64,000 nucleotides of DNA from assembly GCA_046563655.1 (NCBI GenBank), contig CM102290.1:9548001-9612000 (forward strand), given 5' to 3'. Positions 37,171-53,030 of this stretch are shown here, piece after piece. Both the position numbers and the translations under genes were made by a program. This DNA is from Yuukianura sp. NJ FZ-2021. Its lineage: Eukaryota. Below the pieces are notes generated by a model that saw only the letters and a program-made list of their open reading frames with translations, was not told where the DNA came from and did no database searches. Position 1 is the first letter of the stretch; every line of letters starts with the position of its first letter.

Positions 37171-39825
37171 TTAGACAATCGTGGGTTTGACTGGACCCCA
37201 GGCTCCGTCAACTGCATCCATCCCAAGATCATCATTGGTTTCATTCAACGGCGGCGGAGCTGCGGCCTGCCTATTCAAACAAAAAACCATTTTGGAAAAG
37301 TCATCGTTTTAGAAAGTTTGTAGAAACAATGTTTGAGTTTTCGAATTCTGTCTAAAAACTTACGACGAAGACGCGACACACTTTGGTGGCAGTTGCGGTG
37401 GTTGCACCTTAGTGCCCTTCCGTGCATCGTTTTCGTCCAGTAAGTAGTCAGTCTCTTCCGGTGTCAAGAGCCACGGTTCACGCGAGACCACTTCAAGCAA
37501 CATGCGCAGTTCGATATCTTGGAGCTTCTTGATAGCCACGGACGGATGGATTTCCATTCCACTTTTGGTAAATCGAAAAGTGTTGACTCTACGATGCAAT
37601 TCTCGACTGTCTGGCAAAAAGTCCCATTGGTATTCGTTTTCTTCGGTCGCATTCTTGGGGGGTTCCAAAACTAAGTTCCAGTCTCGCTCTTCAAACAATT
37701 TGGCCGCTGCTCCAGGTCCTTTCTTTGGAGCTGGACCAGGAGTTGCATCAAAATCGAAAAAGTCCATGTTTCGCTGCAGTTCACGTAGAGGGCGAGGAGG
37801 TGGTGGTCCACCATGACATTGGCCAGGACCTTCATCGTCACGACTACCAGAACTCAGATTGTCAGATTGGGCAGAACTCAGAGCAGGAGAGACTTGAGAT
37901 GAGCTTGTTGCAGTGCCTGTTTCAACGTATAATACAAAATTATACACTCAAGTTGGAAAATTCAGAACGGCTAAATTTTTAGTAAAGGAGAAACTTAGAA
38001 GATCTAAAAGTTGCGAAGAAAGTTCTGAAAAGTTATCGACAAATCGTTAGGTTACTTTGTGCTCGTGAGCTTCGCTTAGTGCTGTACTTCTCGACATCTT
38101 CAGTCTCAAATGGCTTGATGACCTCATTCTGGACAGGACCAGCCAGAGAGCGTAAAGAGGCCGAACTTGCTAGGAACGGAAAATAAGTATTTGAAGACAA
38201 GGTTGGAACTGGAGGCGGGAAGTGAGGAACGTAGTTTCTGCCACTACTTTTGTTCTCTAAAAATAAAGCAACAGAAGCGAAAACTTAAACACAACTTCGG
38301 TTTGGAATTTAAGCTAAACACTTATTTAGAGTGATACCTAATCGAACATATGTTGCGATAACTTACCCATTGCATTAATATCCAACTCACGTGAGCTAGA
38401 CATTCTAGGTCGGAGCATAATATCACAATAGTTAGACTCATGCGTACTGCGCGGAAAACTTTTACGTGGATTGGCATCGTCTTGTACTTGAAGAGTAATT
38501 TCACTGCTGTAAGAGTGCTTTGGAGGAAGCGGAAGAGCAATTTTAGACGACGTAAAGCGTGGTTCTGGAATGCGTGAGAGGGTGAAGTCCATTAGATCTC
38601 GATCTCCTCGGGTACTATTGGCATGTTGCGGGGAATCTTCGACGCGCCATCGTATTTCAGGAGGCTGGTATGAGCTGTTGCTGAACCATGGGAGTGAGTC
38701 TTCAATTGCAGGATCTTCAAAGATCCGACGAGATGGAACACGAACTCCACCCGGAAGGACGGTCGACGTATGATCGTGAAATGATTTCGTTCTCTCCAAA
38801 CTGCCCGATCGCCTGGATAACACCAAACAAAGTTTATGTCAATCAAGCTGTTTTATGTTATTTTCGACTGTCACTGTGAAGTGAGGTTAAGTAGCAACTT
38901 TATCTCACCTCTTAGGAGATGGCACAGTCCAGATGGGTACTGGATCAACCTTGGCCAGTTTCTTCAAATCTGAAAACAGAAGGTAAGGGTTAAACTATTG
39001 ATATTTAGTTTTAATTGATTATGCCATAAATTCACCTTGGCTTGATGATGAACTTGACGGGCCAGCAGATACAACTGCAGTAGCACTACTTTTCGCTGCC
39101 GCTCCTTCCAACAATGAATTGGCAGCTGCTGCTTCTGCTTGCCGCCGAAGTTCGGAATCCCTGACAGTAACAGTAAGCGATCTCCCACGGACTGAAGTGG
39201 TGGACCCACTTGACGAAAACGAATTATCGATGGTTGACAAGCACTTAGCCACATTTTGCTTTATTTGCTCCTGTTTCTCGAGTACAGGCGCAATCGTGCT
39301 AGCGGTAGAGTGTCCTACCAACTCTGATTCCTAGAAACAAACCAAGGGTTTAAAGATATAACTCATGTAGCAACCAATTAATCCAAATTCAACGCGACAT
39401 AAATTATAATTATAAGTTAAGGTTTTACCTTCTGTACAATTTCTTTGAGTTCATTAATCTTGATAGTACTCTGCCGCAGTAGATGCAACAGTTTCGTCCC
39501 CATAATGTCAACTTTGGCTGGAGACGACGAAGAAGAGGAAGTCTTTTGGTCCATGACTAAAACAAGTTACGATAAATCGGAATTCGGATTGCGAAAAATG
39601 AAAAAGGAACCGCTGATTAGAAGTTAATCAGCAATGATTGTCTCAAAAACAGTTAAAAGGATAGGATAGGAAAGGTTCTACACTAGGTAAGCTAATCGTT
39701 GAACTAATTAACTCGTGATTAACTAGCTCTAAAGTTAATCTAAAAACCCGCTGCCATGGCCTTCTGGCCTCCTTCGAGACAACCAATTTCGTGACGAGCG
39801 AGTCGACGATGAGAAGAAGACTGAT
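37171..39825 (-). CDS. Unidentified multi-exon, largely low-complexity (Ser/Pro-rich) protein; may extend 5' to ~40220
   Basis: Several same-strand ORFs are bounded by GT/AG sites (~39554-39429, 39019-39321, 38338-38826, 37360-37947, last exon ending TAA at 37171). I recognise no domain. Confidence 0.6.
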
Positions 39826-41221
39826 CTAAAAAAAAAGGAGGAAGGAAAAAGAGGAAAAACGGAAAGATTAAAAAAAAGATGAAAAAACAGGAAACACAGT
39901 TTCGGCCCACCACACCGATTTTAGTATGCTCTGTATTGTATCTATCTAGGAAAAAATACCCGAGAAAAACACAAGTGTGGTATCATGATACACGTTAATT
40001 GACCGAGATACTCAGACACCGAATGCCTAGTTTAGTAACCATTTTTACTATTAAAAATTATGTTAAAGGAAACAGCAATGATTACTTTTGATACTATTCA
40101 TGTCCATAAGTTTCAACGCGTGTAATTCTGCTCTTCCACTCATCTTAGACAATTCACACACTGTAACGTCATCGTACTTAGCGTAGATTCCATTAACATT
40201 AATCGGAACCTTTCTAGACAAACGTTATGGCTTGGTATAAGCACTTCAACAATTACGGTATCGTCTGCGCTAAGTTAGGTATCCTCGATTCGATGCTAAA
40301 CTGTGTAACCTTATCCGGCGCGGAGTTTAGCATTCAGGGTAGTAAACTCCGTGAGGTGGGCAGAAACTGAAAAATGGCTATGATATCTTGAGTTTTGCAT
40401 TTAATTTCCAAAAATCAGTTGACTTACAGCTCAATTGCTATTGCATAATGCATATTCAAACGAGAAAGAAAATAGTAGGTATAAGAAATAACTGTCGTCA
40501 TTGTAGCCTGCATACGTTGCCACTAAACATAATTCTTTAGCCGTTTTGTGGCTGCATTGGATGGCTACTCTTTGGTGGTAACGCGTGCTGCCATCGTCTA
40601 GGTCATAGTAGCATAATGAACGTTAGGGCAAAGGGGTGACATAATTGACGCAAAGTTTATGCAACTATTTAGGCCGCGAAGGCAATTATGTCCGGTGGTT
40701 GTTATAGTTACCTTTCGTCCTTACGTCAACCAGACAAATCAATTGCAATCACATTTGGCGATTGGCAAATGACAATATGGCATAAACAGCGTATGTCGTG
40801 TGTCGTGAAATTAAATGTATTGTTTATTAGATTAATTTATATATTTCTATTTAGAATTCATAGTTTATACTTTCTGAATAAATTTAATGAATGACTTGAA
40901 CGTAATTTAGATTATATTCAATTAGTCTTAGAATGCCCATATAATAAAGTTAAGGGTGCCATATTGAGGATGTTCAATGGGTAGCTGCTTGCGCAACTCG
41001 ATCTCGTGCTTGCGAAGACTCCAAAATCGGCAAACTTCTTTTCTATTCTTTTCCGTTCTTTGATGATTCAGTAAACGTCCACTTTTATCCTAATAAGGTG
41101 TGTACGTTTTTGATTCAATTACTAATTGACTAATTCGAGCACTTAGAGCAAGATACTACTGTTCAGCATCAGTATCCTATCGCAGTCAAACCAGTCGAGT
41201 ATATAAAACCAAGTATTCAAA

Positions 41222-43521
41222 ATGGTAAGTGTTTTAAGTGTTTAACAAATGTTATAAGATGCATGCATTTGTATTCCTTTTGCGACTTCTTCACCGATTC
41301 ATAGCCTCAACTTGAGGCCCTCAAGACAATCCGTAGTAAGTAATATGCGGTGTTTCTGGGTTTTAGGCGTCACTCAACCCTGTTCGAATCATGAAGCATG
41401 AAGCGGATTTGGAGAAGGCTGAAACGGCTCGAATGAGCAGTTTTGTGGGAGCCATTGCCGTTGGTGACCTCGTCAAATCTACACTAGGACCAAAGGGAAT
41501 GGACAAGATTCTGGTTGGCAGAGGCAGAAATGATGGAAAGGTAAGTTGGTCATGTACAAATTAACTCCGACTTTGTTACTGACCCGGTATTCGCTAATGA
41601 ATAGTGTTTTGTTTGAATAGATTGAAGTTACCAATGATGGTGCCACCATTTTGAGAAGTATTGGTGTTGATAACCCGGCAGCGAAGATTCTTGTTGACAT
41701 TTCTAAGACACAGGATTCCGAAGTTGGAGATGGGACGACCTCAGTCACCGTCTTAGCTTCGGAGCTTCTGCGAGAGGGTGAAAAATTAATTGAGAAGAAG
41801 ATTCATCCGCAGACAATTGTTGCTGGATGGAGGAAAGCTGCAACGGCTGCTCTCGAGTGTCTCGAAAGTGCTGCCAACGATAACAGGTACACGATAAACT
41901 AATTTCTTTTGCTACAGGCGTGAATGATTTTATAACACTTTTTGTGGCAATTTTCAGTGCTAACGAAGATTTGTTTCGTGAGGATTTACTCAACATTGCT
42001 CGTACGACATTGAGCTCCAAAATCCTGAATCAGCACAAGGAGCATTTCTCCAAACTGGCCGTAGATGCTGTGATGAGACTCAAAGGTTCAGGAAACTTGG
42101 CCGCCATTCAAATCATCAAGAAACAAGGTGGAACTCTGTTGGACTCTTTTCTGGACGAAGGATTTCTTCTGGACAAGAAAGTGGGAGTGAACCAACCGAA
42201 GAGGATCGAGAAGGCTAGGATCTTGGTGGCTAACACTCCAATGGACACTGACAAAATCAAAGTATTTGGTTCTCGTGTCAATGTCGATTCAACGGACAAA
42301 ATTGCCGAAATTGAAATGGCAGAGAAAGAGAAAATGAAGGAGAAAGTTGCTAAAATCGTTAAGCACAACATTAACGTTTTCATCAATCGGTGAGTTGTAC
42401 ATCAAAGTACAGATTTCGATTATCTTCTTATTTAAAGTAGTTGACCAAACACTAATTACTTTCAGACAATTGATCTACAACTACCCTGAACAACTGTTCG
42501 CTGATGCTGGAATCATGGCAATTGAACATGCCGATTTTGATGGAATTGAGCGTCTGGCACTTGTTACAGGTGGAGAAATTGTGTCCACTTTTGATACTCC
42601 CGGTAAAGTGAAGATCGGTACTTGCGATCTCATCGAAGAGGTAATCATTTCACTACTATTCACTAATTGCTAAAGTAACTAATTAATTACTAGGCTATGT
42701 TAGTGTACTTAACATTGTAATTAATCTTGTTTCTTGCAGGTAATGATTGGAGAAGAGAAGGTGTTGAAGTTTAGTGGAGTTGCTGTTGGCGAAGCTTGTA
42801 CGATTATCATTCGTGGAGCAACCGCCCAAATCATTGACGAAGCAGAACGATCCCTCCATGACGCACTTTGTGTCCTCAATGCAACAGTCAAAGAAACCAG
42901 AACTGTCTATGGAGGAGGTAACTTAATTAGTTTTAACTATGAAGATTGACTTAACGTAGTTAGTTATAATATTTAAATTCAATATTATCTTAGGCTGTAG
43001 TGAGACACTCATGGCCCTTCGAGTATCGGAGTTGGCTCTGGAGACTCCTGGAAAGGAAGCAGTGGCTATGGAGTCATTTGCAAAGGCTCTTCTCGTAAGT
43101 TTTGTTATTATCTTGTACTATATTGCTAAGCTATGTTTTATTTGGCTTTACTTATTTGTTGCGTCTGCTCTTTCAGATGTTGCCGACGATTATCGCTGAT
43201 AATGCTGGTTATGACTCGGCAGAACTCGTGAGCCAGCTGAGAGCTAAGCATGCGAAATCAGAACGCACCTTTGGATTGAGTAAGTAAAACTTTTACATTG
43301 ATGACATTTGGATGGGTGTTAATTGTGTTATGTAATTGTTTTTTTTAGATATGGACCTAGGCAAGGTGGCTTGCATGAGGGAACTTGGGATCACCGAGTC
43401 GTTTGCTGTGAAGCGACGAGTTGTTTTTGCTGCCGCTGAAGCAGCCGAAATGATCATGCGAGTTGACAACATCATCCGAGCAGCTCCGCGTCAACGAAAT
43501 CCAGACAGAAGTCGCTGCTGA
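41222..43521 (+). CDS. CCT2: T-complex protein 1 subunit beta (chaperonin CCT2)
   Basis: ATG alone in the first coding exon, then [10 protein letters not shown]...[42 protein letters not shown], and C-terminal [12 protein letters not shown]. Confidence 0.98.
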
Positions 43522-44709
43522 TTTTGTTGTTGCTTTTCTGAAATCAATCTTCCGCTCCACTAATAAGTTTCTAAAATATTTCAAACTGAATTCAGAAGTT
43601 CTCACTTTCTACAACATCAATTGCTTAAGCTTACGAGTTACTAAGAATTAAAATAACTAATTCATTCCTTCAGACACAAAGTGACGTATTCACTTAGATA
43701 TGTCACTGGGAGGTGAAATTCAAGTTATTTCTTCAGCTTAATGCTGCGAAGAACTAAAGATTGGCACAGTATTTGAGTTGGCATTATATCCACATCAATC
43801 GTGTCGAGTTTCGAGAACCTTACATTTCTCGCACATCGCCGTGGTTCAGACGTTACTAGTCAACTTTCTATCTTATCGTTGATTGACTACAAGTTGAAGT
43901 AATTGGTTAGCTTAACATAACGTAGCATAACCTAATTAAGTTATTGCATAGACTAATATCTGACGCATCATTTTCGTGTCTGGGAAGGAGTGGCTTAGGT
44001 TCGTAAGCTCCGCCTGGCTGAAATAGAGTTCATGGGAAAAATGTTAAATTTTCACGTTTTGTTGTATGCGGTGACAAATTCTTGATTGAAAGGCAACAGT
44101 TTCATGTAAAAGTTAAAACTGAAAAATAATCTTACTAAAAAATGCGGAATTAGTTTGCAAAAGTTGGGAAATATTTTGGATACTAAATTCACCATGTGGG
44201 CCTTTCCCTATGATGAGAAAGAGAATGATGAGTTGTTCATTTCACTTTCACTTGTCACAGTTTGTTTCAAAAACATCTCCGGGTTTTCTTCCGTCGTTTC
44301 TTCATCAATTAAATTGATCGAGAGGTAATTCGTACTCAATTAATCGTTGTACAAATAAACCTACGTGTGACTCTAATAGTCGGTTTTTTAGGCTGCTGCA
44401 GGATTGTTTGGATTTGGAACTCAGTCAACCATACGTTTTCGTACAACGGGAAGGTCAAAGGTCAAATTCATAATTTAGCAGGTACTGTCTATCTTCTTGT
44501 CCGTTTCTCTACTTGGTATATAAACTTGTGCAGTATAGTCGTAGTCGTGTTTAGGTTTTTCCCGCAAATCGAACTCATCTTTCGTTTTTCCAGTTTCGAA
44601 CTTGTTTGTAAGTTTTGAATTAATCGTTTCATTTTTTTAGACTGTGAAGCAGCAATCTTGTGCTGATATTTGTTTAGAAGCTTTCTGAGTTATTAGTGGG
44701 GCCAAGAAG

Positions 44710-47190
<2,481 letters not shown>

Positions 47191-47652
47191 TTTCTACGTT
47201 CAGTTAAGCTATCAATTGAGCTAATTAATTAATTCAGGAAGCTCATCAATATGTTAATCTTATTCAACCAATCATCAACAACTTCGATTACTTCTCTTAC
47301 GGAATCCACTTCATTCGATGTTTTAAATTGCGGTTTCTAACTGCGCAACGTGGAACTAATCAGGAACTTTCCAGTTTGTAAGTTTACAGTTAATTATAAA
47401 AATTTAATTAAAGAATATAAAATTTTGTCGAAAACAAAAGAAATCCTTCCTTTTTTTTTTGTAAAAGTCAAAATCATATTTAGTTGAAGAATTAGTATAA
47501 TTTAACTTTAAAATAAAAATCAATGCGTATTTTTTTGATGCTTCAATGGAACCTGGAAGCTTTAATTTTTTTTATTTCATGCGCAAGTTCATTTTTTTTT
47601 TTTTTTGAAAAATTTGGACAGTTTAACATTTTCTTAACATAAGTAATCCACC

Positions 47653-50600
47653 TTACATCCGATGGTAACTGCCATCGTTTTGTTGTTTCTCCATTGATGA
47701 TCCAGAAGCGTCAATTCCAAAAGCAAGTGCGGAGTCAGACGTCAAGGGGTCAGGGGCCCTTGGACCCTCTGGGGTCACTCCTCCTGCCAACTTGTTGATC
47801 AAGACTTTTTGGTTTTTCATTCGAATGACAAGGAACACGACTCCACCGAGAGCAACGACCACAGCGATGAGACAAATCATGATGGTTGCTATCAAACCGA
47901 CTGAAGTGTGCTCTGGAAAAGGTCACAAAAAGGTCAAGGTAAAGCTATGGTCAGGGATCAACGTTCTTTGACTTTGATTTCACAGGTTGAGTAATACCTC
48001 ATGTTTTTTCGACTTTGCAAAAAATAGTGTCTTTCAAAGGCTATCGTAGTCATAACAGCACAGCCGAAATATTTAAATTTTAAGTATGAATTGGTACCAA
48101 TTTTTTGTTTTTTACTTTTTTCTTCTCCTTTTTTTTTGTCAGCGAGGTAGTAGTCAACCTGTCAAAGAAAATTCATTTTTTGTTGTCAATGAACCTTGGT
48201 CGGGAATGGTCAAGGTCAGAAAAGTTAAGTGAAGTGAAAAGACGACGGCGGATCACTTTTTCTGAAAATGACGTTGATGTTCAGGGTGTGAACGTGAGGA
48301 ATAAGAAATGCTAAGGAAAATGGTACAGGTCAAGAAAATTTGAGGAGGTCCAGGTCACTCACCACGAATGACGACCTTGAACGTTCTGGAGGTTGTTCCA
48401 GCCAAATTCTTAGCAATGCAAGTGTATTCTCCTTGCGTCTCGTACGAAACTCGAGTAATGTTGATTCTACTTATTGTTTTAACCGAAGTAGCATTCATCC
48501 ATGGGGTTGTGTAACGGTAAAACCTCTGTAATGGCAGAAATTTTCGAAGTAAATATCAAAAGAATCTCGTAATTCCTTGACCTTGACACTACCTTGTCAT
48601 TTTTTCTCCAGGAAATGACAGGGGCGGGGTCACCGGTGGCTTCACAGTCAAAAAATTTGTTTGTTTCGTTCACGTACCACTCCACCACAGTGGGGCTTGA
48701 TACCTCTGTACCAACAATAGCCGGTTTGGTTGGCACTGTAAACAAATTTTACAAATGTTAAGAAAATTCAAAACGTCTAAAAATTTGTGTTGAAATTTCA
48801 TGTTTTGAGAAGCGAACCTTGAACTTTGACCTCAATGGTTCGATGTTTCCACTCTGATGTGTTCCAAACAGGAGCGTAGCACCCAACTGTAGCCAAATTC
48901 ACATCGGCAGTCAGCAGGAGAGTAATGATGTTCCGTCGAAAACGTTGCGAAAACCTTCTGCCAGTTGTATTTCGCAAGGCCTCTGTCAAGGTCAAGCTTC
49001 AAACATCAAAATTCTGGAAAAATTTTAATGTTCCCAATTTTGGTGCCTGCCTGTACCTTTGACAGTAACTTTTGTGCCGTTAGCAAAGCCTACAACCCAT
49101 CGTGTCCCTTTGGAGAAGTAGTAGTCAGAAACTTGACACCCAAAGGTCACGTTTTGACCTTCGTAGATTTTGTCAGCGAATGTTCGTATAGCTATCATCT
49201 TGTCGGGATCTGCTTGTTTCCAACTGAAATCTAAAATAGAGGTGAAAACTTTTAGCTCAACGGTACAATTTTTTGAGCATTAAGACAGACTTTCAAAACA
49301 AAAGTCGTAAACTAAAATTTTTGCTAAACAAAGCTTTTAGGTCAAACTCCTCACAAGGGTCACTGAAGGACCGATTTCGGTTAAAGGCTCCGCCAAATTC
49401 GAACTGTGTTCCCATTGGGAAAAAATATTCCCGCACAATGTCAATTCCATCTCCGACGCATCTGAAAATGCCCGCAATTTGATTGCGTGACACCCTGATG
49501 TATGAGCATGTTCCGTTTCGTGTTGCAGTGTTTTCCAACTTTTTACAAAACACTTTTTAAAAATTTTATATGTAAAAATTAAAGTTATGTTGATTATGCT
49601 CTGTTTACTGACGTAGAGCAGTGCGTCTTTCCTATTTTTGCAGGACGTTGGATGGTCGCAGTTGAAATGCATCATCGTTGGCGCAATTGTGTCAGGTCGA
49701 CTGCAACAAAACAAGCGACCAGTAGATTTGTCAAAGCCAAATCGTGCAGGTCGCTTCACGACGTCACCAAATTCCATTGGGTTTGCTTCTGTAGTATAAA
49801 TTTGAAAAAAGTTATAAAGTTTTTTCGCAAAATTTTTTAATACAGTGTTTATGAAAACTGGTTTTTACCTGGACTTGTACTTGGAATGACGTAGACAGTA
49901 GCAGTGTCCTTCGAATCGGAATTTGCAACGCACCGATACGGTCCGAACGGATCTGGAAGGTTCGTCAAAGTAAAACCGCGTTTCGGATCATACGATATGG
50001 ACGCATTCGGTTTCATCTCGGTCCAAATCTCTCCGCCAAAATGAAAAAAGATAACCTAAATCTTAAGTTTTTTTTTTGAATTTTTTTTATAAAATTTCAA
50101 AATTTAAGTTTTACAAACAAAATACTGACTGTGGTGACGTTGACATATCCTTTGTAAAGCTTCACTTGAATGTCCGGTCTCGCCACGGTACAAACGACTA
50201 GCGATGTACTGTCCCTCACAAGCTATAAACGACCCTCTGGAAATGAGGAATTATGGCGGCGTGCCAAAAAAAGAGGTACACAAAAATGAAATTCGCCGTT
50301 TTTCAATAAAGTGGATTTCCCGCCACAAATTGTTCAAATTTTTTTTCTTTCAAAATATTGAACTGTATTTTCAAAATTTTGAACTTTTTTCAAAATTTTG
50401 AACTTTTTTCAAAATTTTGAACTTTTTTCAAAATTTTGAACTTTTTTCAAAATTTTGAACTTTTTTCAAAATTTTGAACTTTTTTCAAAATTTTGAACTT
50501 TTTTCAAAATTTTGAACTTTTTTCAAAATTTTTGAACTTTTTTCAAAATTCTCAACTTTTTTCAAAATTCTCAACTTTTTTCAAAATTCTCACCTTTTTT

Positions 50601-52676
50601 CAAAATTCTCAACTTTTTTCAAAATTCTCAACTTTTTTCAAAATTCTTAACTTTTTTCAAAATTCTCAACTTTTTTTCAAAATTTTCAACATTTTCCAAA
50701 ATTTCGAACTTTTTACAAATTTTTGACCATTTTCTCAAAATTTTGAACTTTTTCAAAATTTCGAACAGTTTCCAAAAGTTTTGAAAAAAGTTCAAAATTT
50801 TGAAGTTCGCAAGTTTAGAGAAATGTTCAAAATCTTGAAAAAAGTTCAAAATTTTGAAAAAAGTTCAAAATTTTGAAAAAAGTTCAAAATTTTGAAAAAA
50901 GTTCAAAATTTTGAAAATACAGTTCAATATTTTGAAAGAAAAAAAATTTGAACAATTTGTGGCGGGAAATCCACTTTAATGAAAAACGGCGAATTTCATT
51001 TTTGTGTACCTCTTTTTTTGGCAAGCCGCCATAATTCCTCATTTCCAGAGGGTCGTTTATAGCTTGTGAGGGACAGTATTGGTAGCCGGATCCAGAATGG
51101 CTTTAAATTCGTTTAAATTACAACTATATTTAAGCATAGCCTGAAATATTAGTTATAAATTCTCTTAATTGTTTTTATTTCAGACCTTACCAGTTGAGTT
51201 TAAGCCTTGCTGAACCAAGAATGGCGGAGACGTGGCTTCCCAGTACACGTACATACTGCGTTGGACAGACTTCGCCCCCACTTTTTGGCATGTGTAGTTC
51301 CCAGTGATTCCGTTGCTTGACCCCATTAAACGCAAGTCAGCAACGTACTCAAACGACGACGGGTCACTCAGGTCAACGGACTTGCGCGTTGTCGTGACGG
51401 TCACGTACCAGCGACCCCGTGACGATCGCTGAACAGCGTGCGACGGAAGCTACGCGGAACAAAACGTTGCAAAATTAAAAACTATAGTTCTTTTTTCTAT
51501 GTGCAGTTGCTGATTTGATTTTGAACGCCTGAATCCTAGAAAAATCTCAGCTTGAAATGAATCGGTTGCGAATCGCACCCGGAAATCAAAACGTTCTTCG
51601 CTCTTAATTTACATATTTTTTAACTTCTTCGAAATTTAATAACAATAGAATTTAATTTACGCATTTTTTAATCTCGCGAACGGAAAACGATAGACACCTA
51701 TTCTTTTCACGAGAAACTTTCAAAAAACATGACAAATTTTAACAAATATTGGAAATTCCAAAATCGAACATCAAGTTTTTCGTGAAATTTTGAAAAAAAA
51801 CCATGGATTTTTTCGAAATTTCGTCAAAATCTGAGGGTACCTTTTTATATTTTCTAAAAATACTCCTTATTTGTGTGAATTCAGGGGCGAAGAGTTTACC
51901 TTTCTATCGCTTTCCGTTCCCGAGTTATGAATTTTGAAAGTTTTTGAAAATTTAACCAAAATTTTGAAAAGTAGTAATGAAGTAATTTAAATTTCAAGAC
52001 CCTTAGAGATTTAAAGTTGGAAGATATAAATATAATAGAAGCAAAATTCCCTAATTTTGACTGTGTCTGGTTCATTTCAACCTAAGACGTTTTCATTGGT
52101 GACGCGTCAAAAATCAATTCAACAACACTGCACACTGAAAGAAATGAACCATAAAACTAAATTAAACGTTTCTTAAACATTTTGAATAGAGGTTAAACTT
52201 TAAACGTTTAAATTAAGGACCTTGAGAGGCCAATTGGCGCGACTTTCTTTCATAACTTGTAACGACTTGATTTTTTTTTAAGGTGAAAGGTCACGAGTCA
52301 GTTTGGTACCTGTGAGTGGTGAAACGCCCATTCAATGGGGTAGGAAGCATTACATGACAGAATTACTCCTGGAAATTAAGAAAAAATTAGGCTAAAGTTA
52401 AAATGAGCTTAAAATATTGAGTCAGGTTAAACCTTGGTTAAGATTTAAAAGTTAAGTTAAAACTAGGTTGCAATTTAAAATTGAGGTTAGTTTGGTTAGG
52501 TTAACCTTACCGTCGACAGTGCCTGGAATGACCAGCGTGTTTTCGTTAGTTCCAGGCCCCTTCGGTACTTCGACGCTCGAATCCCAGTTGAAGTCGCCAC
52601 TGGCTGTCCAGCTCGTAGGTCGAATCAGCGGCGGAGTCACGGCAGCAGAGGTCAACAGAAAAAGTAAAGTGGCCAT
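47653..52676 (-). CDS. PVR/VEGFR-ectodomain-like Ig-domain type I membrane protein without kinase domain (paralog A); exon 4 is interrupted by a transposon
   Basis: Signal peptide MATLLFLLTSAA; Ig domains (GNYTC, VCTVARPDIQVKL...YDPKRGF, CEATGDPAPVISWRK...GEYTCIAKN); TM LIATIMICLIAVVVALGGVVFLVI; ~57-aa tail then stop. All exons are phase-consistent once 50209-51078 is removed. Confidence 0.8.
50209..51076. mobile_element. 868-bp non-autonomous foldback/MITE with TA target-site duplication
   Basis: Arms CTGTCCCTCACAAGCTATAAACGACCCTCTGG... are reverse complements with 2 mismatches seen in the first ~165 bp; TA at 50207-50208 and 51077-51078. Confidence 0.95.
50372..50916. repeat. 19-bp tandem array (CAAAATTTTGAACTTTTTT)n inside the foldback; forward copies on the left, inverted copies on the right
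   Basis: Directly visible. Perfect copies lie near the arms; variants (CAAAATTCTCAACTTTTTT) and degenerate copies lie toward the centre (~50770). Confidence 0.95.
51673..51924. mobile_element. Inverted-repeat remnant (probable old MITE) in intron 2 of paralog A
   Basis: CTCGCGAACGGAAAACGATAGA (51673-51694) versus the reverse complement of 51903-51924: 20/22 identity. Confidence 0.5.
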
Positions 52677-53030
52677 TGCAGTTCCACCACTAAATTTGAA
52701 ATTCCGTCCAAAAGATTTCAAATTTTGGAACTGAAATTCTCAACTATTCGGGAACTAATTGACGGCACTTCTGGAGAACTCATCAAAAAATAGGAGAAAA
52801 TGACACAAGAGAATCTGAGGTTGGAATTCTTTTTGTGTGTAAAAAGAAAAACTAATTGCTTCCGCTTGCCGTTTTTATATGAAATTGAACAACTGAAATT
52901 TTGAACAATTGAAAATTTTATAACAATTGGAAATTGGAGACTTATTTTTAGAAAATGAACAAAATAAAACCGACATGCCACTGATCCGGAATCCATTTTT
53001 CTATATTTTGAATTTCGTGCATTTTTTGAA

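Noticed and set aside
44205..44270. C/D-box snoRNA suggested by two TGATGA words downstream of CCT2
   Set aside because: No properly placed CTGA box D or terminal stem, and the site is not intronic.
50372..50916. CRISPR-like array, and ORFs 50493-50726 and 50628-50849
   Set aside because: Units are head-to-tail with no unique spacers, the context is eukaryotic with no cas genes, and the ORFs are just translations of the repeat.
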